From contig NW_013657672.1 of the NCBI RefSeq assembly GCF_000142905.1, forward strand, positions 77,053 through 141,052: DNA of 64,000 nucleotides, in the 5' to 3' direction. Positions 31,015 through 42,082 of this stretch are shown here, in pieces; the stretch's first letter is position 1, and every line of letters begins with the position of its first letter. The translations under genes were made by a program, and so were the position numbers. The notes under the pieces were generated by a model. That model ran no database searches and was not told where the DNA came from. It worked only from the letters and a program-made list of their open reading frames with translations. The stretch is from Thecamonas trahens ATCC 50062. Taxonomy: Eukaryota; Protista; Apusomonadida.

Positions 31015-34000
31015 ATGCTGTTTCCTGCACATTCTCGCTTGCGGGTAGTGGTGGGTGTGGGGAATGGTCGTGGCTTCCCCTCCAGACCAGGCGCCAGCAT
31101 GTGCTGCATGGCCTCCTTCGAGGGCACCACCCTCTCCACCTCGCCCGTCCCACACCGCCCGTCACCCACATGGGACGAGCAGCTGACATGGTCCATCTCA
31201 GTACGCCCCCCCTCCCAACTGCAACTGTCTAGGACATAGCCGATGGCCAAAGGGACACTGCGCACGAGGACGTGACCACCCAAACCGGCGAGACGCCGTG
31301 ATGTCCATAAGTCTAATCGAGACTACACAAATGAGCATGCCTACATAAGACAGATAACTGGCCTTAAATGTATGATCTGCGAAACAACGTAACCGATGAT
31401 TTTTTCGCTAAGAATATTATAAAACTCCANNNNNNNNNNNNNNNNNNNNNNNNNNNNNNNNNNNNNNNNNNNNNNNNNNNNNNNNNNNNNNNNNNNNNNN
31501 NNNNNNNNNNNNNNNNNNNNNNNNNNNNNTCCCTCTCTCCCACATCCCACTCACCCGTCCATATCTCGCTGCTCTCGCCGCCTCCCTCGCCAACGTGACG
31601 ACCCTTTTCCGCCCCGACTACGACCTTTTTCTCCCCGCCCTCCCTCCCTACACCTCCGCTCGCCCACGCCCACGCCCGTGCTCATCCTTCAGTCGGAGCG
31701 CCTTGCCGAACTCCGCAAGTCACGGGCACCATTCAAGCTCAAGGTTGTGGTTCGTCGCGATGGCGAGCCGGAAGAGATGGTCGGCTTTGTGCTGCTGGAT
31801 CTGCGGCGGGCGGCGATGAAGCGGGCGCTGCCGGCGTACGCCCAGCTGCAATCGTCGGCGTACGGCCACGACAAGCCGGAGATTCTCTGTGCCATCAATG
31901 TCGAGCTCGAGTCAACGCCCGGGAGTGGTGAGGCTGCTGACGAAGCGGGCACTGGCGGAGATGTTGATGTCGGCGGCGGCGAGCCAGGCCAGGACATGGA
32001 GGTCGCTGGACTGAGGGTCCGTCTTCGGGATCATGACGGGGTGTATGTCATCGACAAGGGCGGGGCACCGTATCTGTTCTCGCTTACGGTCGGTGGCACG
32101 CACTCGCTCGACGCGTTTGAGTCGCTCGCTCGCGAGCGGTGCGCCGCGCCGCACGGGCCGTTCTACTTCTACTACTCGTTCCTCGGCAACGACGTCATGA
32201 CCGAGGTCTTTGACTCGCTTGTCGCACCGGTCTTTGCTATCGAGCGGGCGTCGATCCGGCTTGAGCTCGCGCCGTCGCTCTCATTGCAGGTCCTCTCTGC
32301 GCTCTCGCCGCTCCAGCTGTATCTCTGCTGCGGCGAGACGGCGCTGGCAGTGGCGCACATCCCGCTCGAGCGGCTCGGCGGCGTCGCCTCCGAGCTCACC
32401 ATTGAGGACGCGTTTCCGCTGGCGGCACTGCCTGGGCAAGGCGAGGCGCCATCCGCGGTCGGCTCTGTCTATGTTGTGGCCTCATTCTCGCCGGGCCTGC
32501 GCCCGCCCCCGCCGCCAGCCTCGCTCCTCGAGTGGCAGGCCATGGCAGCTGTCGCGCAAGCTGAAGCCGCGCTGCGGTGCTGGCGGCTCTCGATCGACGT
32601 GCGTTCGATCAAGGACCTCGACTATCCAGCCGCCTCGCTCTTTATTCGCTACTCATACCCAGAGCTCGGCTCCGCCGCCCCGTTCGCCACTCACCCTGTC
32701 GTCGAGCACGTGGCCGGTACCACCGTCTCGGAGCTGCTCCTGCCCAACTCGTTCTGTGCGTACGAGTTTGTGGCGTCAGAAGCCTTCCTTCGGTCAACCC
32801 TCGAGACGGCGCCGCTGCACATCGAGGTCTGGCACCGGGACAAGTACGTTAAGGATATTCTGCTGGGCATTGCCGCCGTCCACCTCGACTCGGTCCTCGA
32901 CGCTGACGCCACGGTGGGGCCAGTCTCGCTGGCCGGTACCGGCGGCGAAGCCACCGAGCTCCGGACCTTTGACGCCTACGTCGTAGTCGCCTCGCTGGGA
33001 GACGACGACGCGCCGGGCGCCGCGGCGCTGCCCACTCGGGTCGCCGAGCTCCGGGTTGTTCTCTCACTGGAGAACATGGGCGGCGCGCCGCCGGGCCTGC
33101 CGTCGCTTGACGCGCGCGCAGGCGCCCCGGTTCGCGGTCTGGTGCCCGATGCCGCGGCTGTCGTCACCACCCACGATCGTCCAGTCGACGGCCCCCATGC
33201 TGCGCCGCCGTCGACTGTCAACCCGCAGGCGCGCCCACAGAAGGACAAGGACGAGGCAGACGATGAGGCAGGCGACACAGCTGGCAACGAGGGTCTGGGC
33301 AATGAGCCCGCCTCGCCGGCACGCCATGATTGGCCGGCACGAGCCGCCGCTACTGGCCCCGCGAATCCGCGCGACGCGCCCGAGTACCTCGCTGCATGGG
33401 AGCTCGAAGTGTGGAAGCAGGAACAGGAGGCTGCGTTCCAGGCCAAGCTGGAGGCGCGCGAGGCTGCGCACCTCGCGCTGCTCCAGGCCAAGTTCAAGGA
33501 GAAGGAGAAGCTGCGGATCCAGGTCCACGAGCGGAAGCGAGCCGAGTACGCCAGACTCGAGGCCCAAATGCGCAAGGCGCTCCGCGAGGTGCAGGAGCGC
33601 GAGCGGCGGCTGGTGGCTGGCGAGCAGGCGCTCGAGCGCCGGTCAGCAACGCTGCAGGACGAGTATGAGCGCCGAGTCGACGAGCTCAACGACAAGTCGC
33701 GCCGGTTCCGCGACTCGCTCAACGCAAAACACCGCGAGGTGCTAGGCCAGCTCCAGCGGGCTCGCGCCGAAGCCGACGCCGCCAAGGCCGACGCCCGCAA
33801 GGCTGCCAAGAAGCTTGACGCTGCCACAGACGCCATCCGCAAGTTGCAGGCTGACGTTGCCCGCTCGCCGACTCTGCAGATGGAGGCCCAGCTGGAGGCG
33901 TTGGTGACCAAGGTCGAGACGCTGGAGAGCGAGAAGGCACACGTGGCCTCGGCCAAGAAGCACTACCGGACCCAGTGGGTCAAGGCACTTAAGGAGATCG

Positions 34001-34536
34001 CCCGCCTCCAGGATCGCGAGAAGGAGAACGCGCTCGCCGGTGCGTCTGCCGCGGCCTCGGCCTCGTCGTCGCATGCCCTTGCTGACGCCCGCGAGGACGT
34101 AGCACGCATGCTTGAGGAGCACCAGCGGAAGATGCAAGACGAGCTGCAGACGATCAAGCTCGCGTCGGCCGCCCGCGAGCACGCTCTCGCAATGCAGCTT
34201 GAGAAGCAGGAGCTGGTCGCGCTCAAGGCCGAGCTGTCTGCTGCGGCGTCGGCGCAGTCGGCCGGCTCGCGCCCACACGACCACAGCCTCGCTGCCGAAG
34301 GCTCCGAGGTCTTTGGCCTGCTCAACAGCCCATCGCCGGCGCCGTCGTCGCCTGACAGTCCGCCGCCGCCGGCGCCAGCCTCGCGCGACGAGCTCCTTAC
34401 CAGCCTCGAGCGACTGATCGACGAGCGCGAGGCGCTGCTCGCGTCGGGTGTGTATGCCGAGAGCGACGCCGTGGTGGCGCAAGTCGACAAGGCGCTCGAC
34501 GAGGTTCGCGCCCAGCTCGCGGTCACGCCGCTGTAG
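31015..34536 (+). CDS. CEP120: Centrosomal protein CEP120 (three C2 domains plus coiled coil); exons 31015-31200 and 31693-34536
   Basis: The GTACGC...CAG intron joins LRVVVGVGNGRGFPSRP...EQLTWSIS/SERLAELRKSRAPFKLK...VGFVLLDLR (C2A). Also FYFYYSFLGNDVMTE (C2B), SIDVRSI...RYSYPELGSAAPFATHP (C2C), EYLAAWELEVWK, and C-terminal LIDEREALLASGVY. Confidence 0.92.
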
Positions 34537-34552
34537 GTTATGTAAAGCGCGC

Positions 34553-36085
34553 TCACAACTCGGTATGGCCGCCAGTCGGCGTCAGCTCGGCCGACCCCAG
34601 CCGCCGCGACATCGCGTCGCGCTCGGCCATCAGCGCACGAACTCGGTCCACAAGCAGCGCGTTGTCGGTCCGCAGCGAGATGACCAAGTCGACCTCGGCC
34701 GCTAGCTTCTCTTGTAGCGCTGTGTTGCGGGCCTGCATCTTACGGACAAGGCTTGCCCACTCAGCCGCGTCGCGGGCCGGCAGCGGCGGCGCAGAGCTTG
34801 CCCCACCGTTGGCAGCAGCAGTGCCCGACGACGACGAGATCGATGACAGTGGCGACGGCCGATCCAGCCGCATCGTGAGCTCCTGGCTCAGCGTCGGCCG
34901 CCCGCCCAGCAGCGCAGCCGAGACTGCGGCCTGCGGTGGCGGGGACGGCGGCGGTGGCGACAGCGACGGCGGCGCCGCCGGCTGTGCGGAAGCTGCTATC
35001 TCGTTGCTGCCCGCTGCCTGCGTCGACTGTGAGTCCTCGACAGCATCCTCGACAATCCACTGCGATAGCCGCGAGATCGATGCCGACCGCGAGAGCATCG
35101 AGCCGGACTTGTTGATGTGCGCCAGGAGCGATGCGGTCGAATCGTCAGTGTTGATCATGGGAAGACCCTTGTCCTCGCTCTCGCCGGCTTGGCGCTCCAT
35201 GACGAGGCTTGTCGGATGCTGCGGAGCCGGCGGACGGACAAACTCGTCTTCGGTGTCGAGCCGCTCGCGCTCGCGAGCTCGCGCCTCCTGCGCAATGATC
35301 GAGCTCTCCAGCGCCTCCTTCATCATGCGTTCGTCGACAGTCAAGTCGTCGACGGGCTTGTTGGCCCAGGAAAAGCCGGATGAGCCCGAGCGCGGGCTTG
35401 CGCGCGGTGTGTCCCACTCGGAGTCGCGGGCCGAGCGCCGGTAAGGCCCGACAGTCAGCTCCGGCCGCCCGGGCCGCCCGACCGGCGAAGCGATGGCCGG
35501 AGGCGACGGTGGGACCGGCGAAGACGGCCGCGATGGCCGCGAGAGCAGTGACGCCTTGGCTGCCTCGCGGGCCGCCACCGTCGGATCGTCAGCGAGAACA
35601 AACGGCGAGGTCGACGCTGCAGGCCGGGCCGACGCTGGCCCATCCCTGCTCCCGCCACGACCAAGGCCTCTGATTCGCTTGGCCGGCGGCGCAAACTCCC
35701 CATCCGCGCCCGAACCGGTCGTCGAGGCCCTCGACCTTGACCTCGACGAGCGATTGCCTCGATTGCGCCTCCGCGACCGCGGGCTCTCGTTCCCCGACTG
35801 GCTCTTGCCCGACCGCTTCCCGCCGCCGCCGCCATCCCCACCGCCACCGCCACCGCCACCGCCACCGCCACCGCCACCTCTGTTCGCTCCAGCCTTGCCC
35901 TTCCCCGCCCGTCCTCCACCATTTCTCAACTCGCGGCGTCTCCCACCGCCACTCCCGTCCCTCCCGCCGTCTCTCCGAGTATCAACCACGCCACCGCCAC
36001 CGCCACTACCACCACCGCCACCACCGGCATGACCACCATTGTCTGACCCGCCTCCATTCCGACCACGCTTTCGCTTTCGGGCCAT
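34553..36085 (-). CDS. Hypothetical Gly/Arg/Ser-rich protein with a UIM-like motif and C-terminal coiled coil
   Basis: 510-aa ORF starting MARKRKR (NLS-like). DERMMKEALESS fits the UIM consensus. Heptads at the C-terminus. Confidence 0.65.
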   Translation of the reverse strand: MARKRKRGRNGGGSDNGGHAGGGGGGSGGGGGVVDTRRDGGRDGSGGGRRRELRNGGGRAGKGKAGANRGGGGGGGGGGGGGGDGGGGGKRSGKSQSGNESPRSRRRNRGNRSSRSRSRASTTGSGADGEFAPPAKRIRGLGRGGSRDGPASARPAASTSPFVLADDPTVAAREAAKASLLSRPSRPSSPVPPSPPAIASPVGRPGRPELTVGPYRRSARDSEWDTPRASPRSGSSGFSWANKPVDDLTVDERMMKEALESSIIAQEARARERERLDTEDEFVRPPAPQHPTSLVMERQAGESEDKGLPMINTDDSTASLLAHINKSGSMLSRSASISRLSQWIVEDAVEDSQSTQAAGSNEIAASAQPAAPPSLSPPPPSPPPQAAVSAALLGGRPTLSQELTMRLDRPSPLSSISSSSGTAAANGGASSAPPLPARDAAEWASLVRKMQARNTALQEKLAAEVDLVISLRTDNALLVDRVRALMAERDAMSRRLGSAELTPTGGHTEL

Positions 36086-37234
36086 GACTAATCACCACAA
36101 AGCCACTATGTGCCGATGCTTAGCTGGTCGAGAGCAGTATCTCTGTCTATGTCGCGCGAGTCGCTTTGCAAGAGGCGGTTGCTGGGGAAGGGTGGGTGGG
36201 GGGGAGGGGGGAGGAGGATTATGATGGAGGTGACGGTGTTGGCTGTGTCGCATCTCGCACAAACCACACANNNNNNNNNNNNNNNNNNNNNNNNNNNNNN
36301 NNNNNNNNNNNNNNNNNNNNNNNNNNNNNNNNNNNNNNNNNNNNNNNNNNNNNNNNNNNNNNNNNNNNNNNNNNNNNNNNNNNNNNNNNNNNNNNNNNNN
36401 NNNNNNNNNNNNNNNNNNNNNNNNNNNNNNNNNNNNNNNNNNNNNNNNNNNNNNNNNNNNNNNNNNNNNNNNNNNNNNNNNNNNNNNNNNNNNNNNNNNN
36501 NNNNNNNNNNNNNNNNNNNNNNNNNNNNNNNNNNNNNNNNNNNNNNNNNNNNNNNNNNNNNNNNNNNNNNNNNNNNNNNNNACCCCCCCCCCCCCCCCCC
36601 CCCCCCCGTCCATCACCCTCTTCCTTGCGTGGTTCATTTTTAGGGAACAAAGCGTATTGTCCCGGTACGAGACACAAAATGTATACAAGCCCACAAACAA
36701 ATTTTCCTCCCATTTCCCACAACCCATCACCTCTCTTCCTTTTCACAATGGGTACGAACGAATTCACTGTGAGCCATGTCCCGCTACGCCTGCCCCCCCC
36801 CTCCTTGCGACCATAGACAACCAGTCCCTACGGCCACTCCCTCCCCCCCCCCCCCCCCCCCCTCCCACCCACAATCATAACATCTTCAACCCATACCACA
36901 AATACCCCCTTGTACCCTCCCCCACATACCTGTCCTCGTCATCACTCCCCACACCTCCACTAGCCCGCAGGCACCGAAGGAAATAGTGTCCAAAACAAAG
37001 CCGGCGACAGGAAAGCTGCTCAGTGGCGGAACGGCTGGTAACAACCCCAAAGACGGCCTGGGCCAAATGGCGCACACCATCATGCCAAACAAACGTTGCC
37101 CTCGTCAGCCTCATGCCCTCCCCGGGTTTTTTTTTCATTGGCGGCAGACCCAATCTGGGCCTATTGCTCTGGCACGTACCGAGGTCTGCAGAGATCATGG
37201 CGATACTCACACACACAAGGCCGGGGTGCGGTGG

Positions 37235-39019
37235 ATGATAGCGGTGCCCGAGAGCGAGATGATGGACACTCTTCCGCTTCATCTTTTCCAGAACTCGCCT
37301 AACAACAAGGTTTGTTTTGATTGTCCGTCGGAAAAGGTGGTGAGCATTGTGATGGACTACGGCGTGTTTGTCTGCAAGCGGTGCGGTGCCCTGCACGCCA
37401 AGATGGGCCGCAAGACCAAGTCGGTCATGGCCCTGTTTACTCCCGACGAGATCCACTTCCTGGAGGGGCGAGGCAACACCGTCGGCCTGGCATTCATTCT
37501 TGCTCGGTGGCCCGAGGGCCAGGATCCGATCCCGCACTCGGACACCAAGGAGGTGGCCACGTTCATGCATGCAAAGTACACCCAGAAGCAGTACTGGAAC
37601 GATGCTGCGCTGGCGCCGGCCGAGGAGGCGCAGCGTGCCGAGTACGCCGCGTTCAAGGCCGCCAAGCTGGAGGAGGACGTCCGGCGGGCCGACCAGCTTG
37701 CGCAGCAGGCGCGCCGCCGCAAGATCTCTGCCGAGGGCACCTCGTCCGGCGGTGCGTATGGCGTGGTGAAGAAGAACGCGGTGTCTCGGACCCGCGACTT
37801 TGGGCGGGTCTCGCGCGCCCGTGCCACCTCGATGTCGCAGGTCGCCGAGACCGTCATTGGCGCAGCCGAGGCCGGCAAAGTTGACCAGGTCCGCCAACTC
37901 ATCGATCGCGGTGCCGACATCAACCAGCCGACCAAGTCAGGAACAACCGCCCTCCATCGCGCCGCCGCCAAGGGTCACATTGCCGTCGTCGAGCTCCTGC
38001 TCGACCGCGGTGCCTTTATGGAGGCTGCTGACCGCTGGGGCGACCGTCCGCTGCACAAGGCCGCGCACAACCTCCACCGCGACGTCATCGAATTGCTCCT
38101 CACCAAGGGCGCACTCTATCTCGTCACAAACGCCGACGGCCTCCGTCCGGACCAGATGGCCACAGATCCCGAAGTCAAGGCCCTGTTCCAGGCCGCCGCC
38201 GACAAGGCCGGCGTCCCGCTGGCCTCGGAGTCTGTCCCGCCGCTTGCGATGGCCCAATCGCGGCTCGGCCCGGCGGCTCGTCGCGGCCGCGCCCGGGCCG
38301 CAACCATTTCGGGAACCCAGCTCCCGCCGCGCTCGTCGTCGCTCCGCTCGTCGTCGCTGCATGCCGCGGATGCAAATGCCGCCAACCCATACTCGGGCTT
38401 TGAGGCCGTTGTACTCTTCGATTTTGCGCCGCAGTATGAGGCTGAGCTCGGCGTTTCGGCCGGCGACGTCATTGTCGTCGAGGACGAGCACCCGTCGACC
38501 GGCAAGGGTTGGTGGCTCGCCCGCAAGGGCCACGTTACTGGACTCGTTCCGGCCGCCTACTGCGAGATCAAGAACAAGAAGGGCCCGCACTTTGTGCGCT
38601 CACTTATTACGCCGGACACTCAGGTCGCCGGCCGCCCACCGGCACCGATGCCCACCGATGCCTCTGCACCCGATCTCCCACAGAGGCCGGCCAACTCGGT
38701 CCCGCTGGTCTCGCTCACCTCGCCGGCAGGCCAGACCACCGCCGCGCCGACAACAACCGCCCCACCCCGTGCGATCGGCCGACTCCGCTCAAACTCGGGC
38801 GGCAAGCGCGATCGTCCCCAGTCGATGTCGATGGCCGACTTTAACTGGGATGCCCTTGACGCCGCTACCGGCCCAGCGCCGGCCGCCGCCCTTAACGCCG
38901 CCTTTGGCGCTCCGGCCGCCAACGATCCGTTTGCTGCCGCCTTTGGCGCTCCGGCCCAGCCGGACGCCCAGCACCCGCAGCCGGCCGTCACGCCCTCACT
39001 CCCGCCGTCGCTCATTTGA
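37235..39019 (+). CDS. AGFG-like ArfGAP zinc finger + ankyrin repeats + SH3 protein
   Basis: CFDC-x16-CKRC zinc finger with FTPDEIHFLEGRGN and AKYTQKQYW. Ankyrin motifs GTTALHRAA and GDRPLHKAA. SH3 VLFDF...ELGVSAGD...WW...GLVPAAY. DPF/AFG motifs in the tail. Start uncertain (37235 or 37259). Confidence 0.85.
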   Translation: MIAVPESEMMDTLPLHLFQNSPNNKVCFDCPSEKVVSIVMDYGVFVCKRCGALHAKMGRKTKSVMALFTPDEIHFLEGRGNTVGLAFILARWPEGQDPIPHSDTKEVATFMHAKYTQKQYWNDAALAPAEEAQRAEYAAFKAAKLEEDVRRADQLAQQARRRKISAEGTSSGGAYGVVKKNAVSRTRDFGRVSRARATSMSQVAETVIGAAEAGKVDQVRQLIDRGADINQPTKSGTTALHRAAAKGHIAVVELLLDRGAFMEAADRWGDRPLHKAAHNLHRDVIELLLTKGALYLVTNADGLRPDQMATDPEVKALFQAAADKAGVPLASESVPPLAMAQSRLGPAARRGRARAATISGTQLPPRSSSLRSSSLHAADANAANPYSGFEAVVLFDFAPQYEAELGVSAGDVIVVEDEHPSTGKGWWLARKGHVTGLVPAAYCEIKNKKGPHFVRSLITPDTQVAGRPPAPMPTDASAPDLPQRPANSVPLVSLTSPAGQTTAAPTTTAPPRAIGRLRSNSGGKRDRPQSMSMADFNWDALDAATGPAPAAALNAAFGAPAANDPFAAAFGAPAQPDAQHPQPAVTPSLPPSLI

Positions 39020-39064
39020 TGCTGGGATCCATAAAGTGCTACCTGCTGTGACACACATCCTGAC

Positions 39065-42000
39065 TCACACCGCCGCCACGCCCGAGGTGATGGCAGCAAG
39101 GCCTGACGAAGCCGGCGCCCCGTCCTCGCCAACGGGAGCGTCCACGCCATCACTCGGCCCAGCATCTTGGCCGGCGTCGGTATACTCGGGCGCGTCGGCG
39201 TGCATGAGGAGAAACTCGACCCAAAGGTCAGAGAGGCCCTTGCCGCTTGCACTGGTGCCAGCAGAGCCTGCAGAGCCGCTGCTGGTCGGGCCAAACCACG
39301 ACGAGATCCAGCCGGTGAGGCCGGCGCCTGCGCCGACTCCGATAGCCGCCTGCTGTTCTTCGTCCAGGTCGAGCATCGACGAGAGGACGCTCAGCACGCC
39401 CGCCTTTTCTGCATCGGCCTTGGTGAAGTATGTCACGAGGAGGTTGGCCACCAGAGCCTTGTCGATACGGGCGTCGCTGGCGGTGAGCGCCTGCTGTGCA
39501 GCCATCATTTTCTGCATCGACGCCTTGATTGCCACCAGCTCGTCCTGCACTGTGTGCAGTTCGGTGGTAGTGTGGCTGAGTCGGGCCTGAGTCCGGGCCC
39601 CGACCTCGCGGGCCTCGGCAAGCTCGCGCTGCAACACCGGGACCTGGTCCAGCTCGGCCTCGAGCGCAGCAACCTTGGCTTGGGCCGCAGTGAGCGCCTC
39701 GGTCGCCTCGTCGACCCGCGCAGCCACAAGCTCGTCCTGCGACTCTTGGAGCTGGTCGACAACCGAGACGAGGTTGCGGTTCTCGGTCGCCAGTCGCTCC
39801 ACCTGAGCATTGAGCGTGCTCGCCTGCTCGCGGCTCGCCTCCAGCGCTGCCCGGGTTTCCTTGAGTTCAGCTGCCGTCGCCTCGTGGGTCTCGGACGACG
39901 CCCGCCCCTGTAGGTCGAGCTGGGCCCGGAGCGCCGCGAGCTCCTTGTCCGACGCGAGCACCTTGGCAGCGTGCCGCTCCTCCGACTCGATGAGGTGCGC
40001 CTTGAGTCGTTCGAGATCCTTACGCGCTTTGGCGTACGGCTCGGTGACTTCAGTCAGAGCTCTCTGGTGCGCCATCGCCATTTCGGTCCGCTCCATCTCG
40101 GCAGCGGCGAGTGCCTGCTTCTGCTTTTGAAGTTGGATCGAGAGCGCCTGCACATGGGCGCGCTCAGCCTCGAGCGCGTCTTTGGCACCGGCCTGGACGC
40201 GTGAATTTTCCAGCTCCGAACCCAGGCGCACGAGCTGTTGGCTGGCCTCCCGCAGTTCGTTCTCCAGCTCGGCCGCCCGCCCGGCCGCATGCTGTGCCTC
40301 CTCCAGCGCTCGCGCCTGCTCTGCCGTTGTGCCGCGGGCAGCAGCAAGCGCTGATTCGAGCTCTGAGATCCGCGCCGCACCTGCAGACCCCTCTTGCTGC
40401 ACTGCCGCAAGCGTCGATTCGAGCTCAGAGACGCGTGCTGCAGCGGCCGCAGCTGCAGCCTGGGCGTGAGCAGCATCGTCGTCATTGCTCCGTGCTGCGG
40501 CAACGGCAGCCTCCAACTCGCGAATGCGCGAGGCAGCGGTCTCAGCTGCAGCCTGTGCCCGACTCTGTGTCTCGGCCAGCGCTCTGTCGGACGCCATAGC
40601 GGCCTCCCGCGACTCACGGGCCTGTGCTATCTTGGCATCGATGGTCGTGCGTGCAGCATCCAGCTCGAGAGCAAGCTTGGCGCGCGCATCCTCGGCGGCA
40701 GCTGCGGCCTGTTGCGCGACTTCGAGCCGTGAGCGAAGGGCAGCAAGCTCTGCATCGCGCTCTGACACGGCGGCGCGCTCGGAGGCGAGGCTATTGGCAG
40801 CAGCGACGCGTTCGTTGGCCAGCTCACGTTCTGCAGCGGCCACACGGTCGCGAGCGGCTGCGAGCGCCTCGTCGCGCTGGGCGAGGAGGCTTTGGGTCTG
40901 CTGCGAGGCATCGGCCCGGGCAGACGCCTCGGCTTGGGCCAGCTGATTGCGGAGCTCTTCGGCGTCGCGAGTAGCAGACGCCAGTTGAGCCTGGGCCTGT
41001 TGGACCTCGGCAGCAGCTGCATCGCGAGCCGCGGCAAGTTCCGCCGTGAGCTTGGCGTTGGTAGCGTTGAGCTCGACAATGACCGTGCGCATGCCCTCGA
41101 CAGTACTCTCTGTCTGGTCGTGGACCTGTCGCGAGGAGTCAAGCTTTGCGACCAGCTTTGCGTTTTCGGCAGCCAGCGCATCGCGCTCGGCCACCACATG
41201 AGCCACGCACTGCTCGACCGAGGACAGCAGAGCTTCGCTGGGAGATTCGGTGTCGTGATCGCCAGCGGCGCCGCGTCCGATGACCGACGTCTCGTGGGTG
41301 AGCTGTGCCACCAGCTGCTCTTGCTGGACGCGAAAAACGTCGAGCTGGGCGGTGGCGCGCTCGAGTGCGGTCCGCAGCTCCTCGTTGCGAGTCATGAGGT
41401 CTTGGCTCGGCTGGGCCGGGACAGCCGGTTCCTTGACCGCCTGTGCCATACGCTTGTACATGTCGCGTTCCTCGCGGATCTCGATCAGCGCATCCTCCAG
41501 CTCCTCGATGCGCGCCTCGAGGCTGGCGACCGAGTCATTGGCGGCCGGGGCGGCGCCTCCAGCCACCGCCACTTGGAAGGCGGCAACGCTCGGCTGCGAA
41601 CCTGCGGTCCGAGCCTCGTTTAGCTGCGCAGTGAGGCTCTGGATGTGACTGTCCTTTGACGACACGATGTCTGCCAGCTCGTGGCGCGAGTGCTCCAGCT
41701 CGCGCCGGAGACCAGTAGCCTCGTCTTCCAGCGACGCCACCAACTTGCGGGTCTGTGCCAGCTGATCGCGGTGCTGGGCAAGAGCACCCTCGAGCACCTT
41801 GACCTTACCTTCAGCCGAGAGCCCGACGCCTGAACCCGAGCCAGCACCGGCTCGGATCCGGTGACCATGAATCGGCGGAGCTGACGCCGACGCCGATGCC
41901 GTCGATGACGCCGACGCCGATGCCGACGTCGGACCCGACGCCGATGCCGGAGACGCTAGCGACGGCGAGAGACGTGGCGAGCCTGGACGAGAGATATCCT

Positions 42001-42082
42001 CCACCGTTGTCTCATACACCTCCTCCTGGACCTCTAGCAACAGATCTTTGGTCAACTCGCCCGCTTGTTCCGCATACGTGCT
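39065..42082 (-). CDS. GRAB-domain golgin (GMAP-210/TRIP11/Rud3-like); 5' exon(s) not identified
   Basis: Long coiled coil. C-terminal IDKALVANLLVTYF...VLSVLSSMLDL (GRAB) and LSDLWVEFLL (GA1). N-terminal AGELTKDLL resembles the GMAP-210 N-terminus. In-frame TAG acceptor at 42085-42083. Confidence 0.8.
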   Translation of the reverse strand, partial: STYAEQAGELTKDLLLEVQEEVYETTVEDISRPGSPRLSPSLASPASASGPTSASASASSTASASASAPPIHGHRIRAGAGSGSGVGLSAEGKVKVLEGALAQHRDQLAQTRKLVASLEDEATGLRRELEHSRHELADIVSSKDSHIQSLTAQLNEARTAGSQPSVAAFQVAVAGGAAPAANDSVASLEARIEELEDALIEIREERDMYKRMAQAVKEPAVPAQPSQDLMTRNEELRTALERATAQLDVFRVQQEQLVAQLTHETSVIGRGAAGDHDTESPSEALLSSVEQCVAHVVAERDALAAENAKLVAKLDSSRQVHDQTESTVEGMRTVIVELNATNAKLTAELAAARDAAAAEVQQAQAQLASATRDAEELRNQLAQAEASARADASQQTQSLLAQRDEALAAARDRVAAAERELANERVAAANSLASERAAVSERDAELAALRSRLEVAQQAAAAAEDARAKLALELDAARTTIDAKIAQARESREAAMASDRALAETQSRAQAAAETAASRIRELEAAVAAARSNDDDAAHAQAAAAAAAARVSELESTLAAVQQEGSAGAARISELESALAAARGTTAEQARALEEAQHAAGRAAELENELREASQQLVRLGSELENSRVQAGAKDALEAERAHVQALSIQLQKQKQALAAAEMERTEMAMAHQRALTEVTEPYAKARKDLERLKAHLIESEERHAAKVLASDKELAALRAQLDLQGRASSETHEATAAELKETRAALEASREQASTLNAQVERLATENRNLVSVVDQLQESQDELVAARVDEATEALTAAQAKVAALEAELDQVPVLQRELAEAREVGARTQARLSHTTTELHTVQDELVAIKASMQKMMAAQQALTASDARIDKALVANLLVTYFTKADAEKAGVLSVLSSMLDLDEEQQAAIGVGAGAGLTGWISSWFGPTSSGSAGSAGTSASGKGLSDLWVEFLLMHADAPEYTDAGQDAGPSDGVDAPVGEDGAPASSGLAAITSGVAAV

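Noticed and set aside
31300-31430. AT-rich island in the CEP120 intron as a foreign insert or snoRNA
   Set aside because: It abuts an N gap and lacks complete C/D or H/ACA boxes; likely a poor-quality read end.
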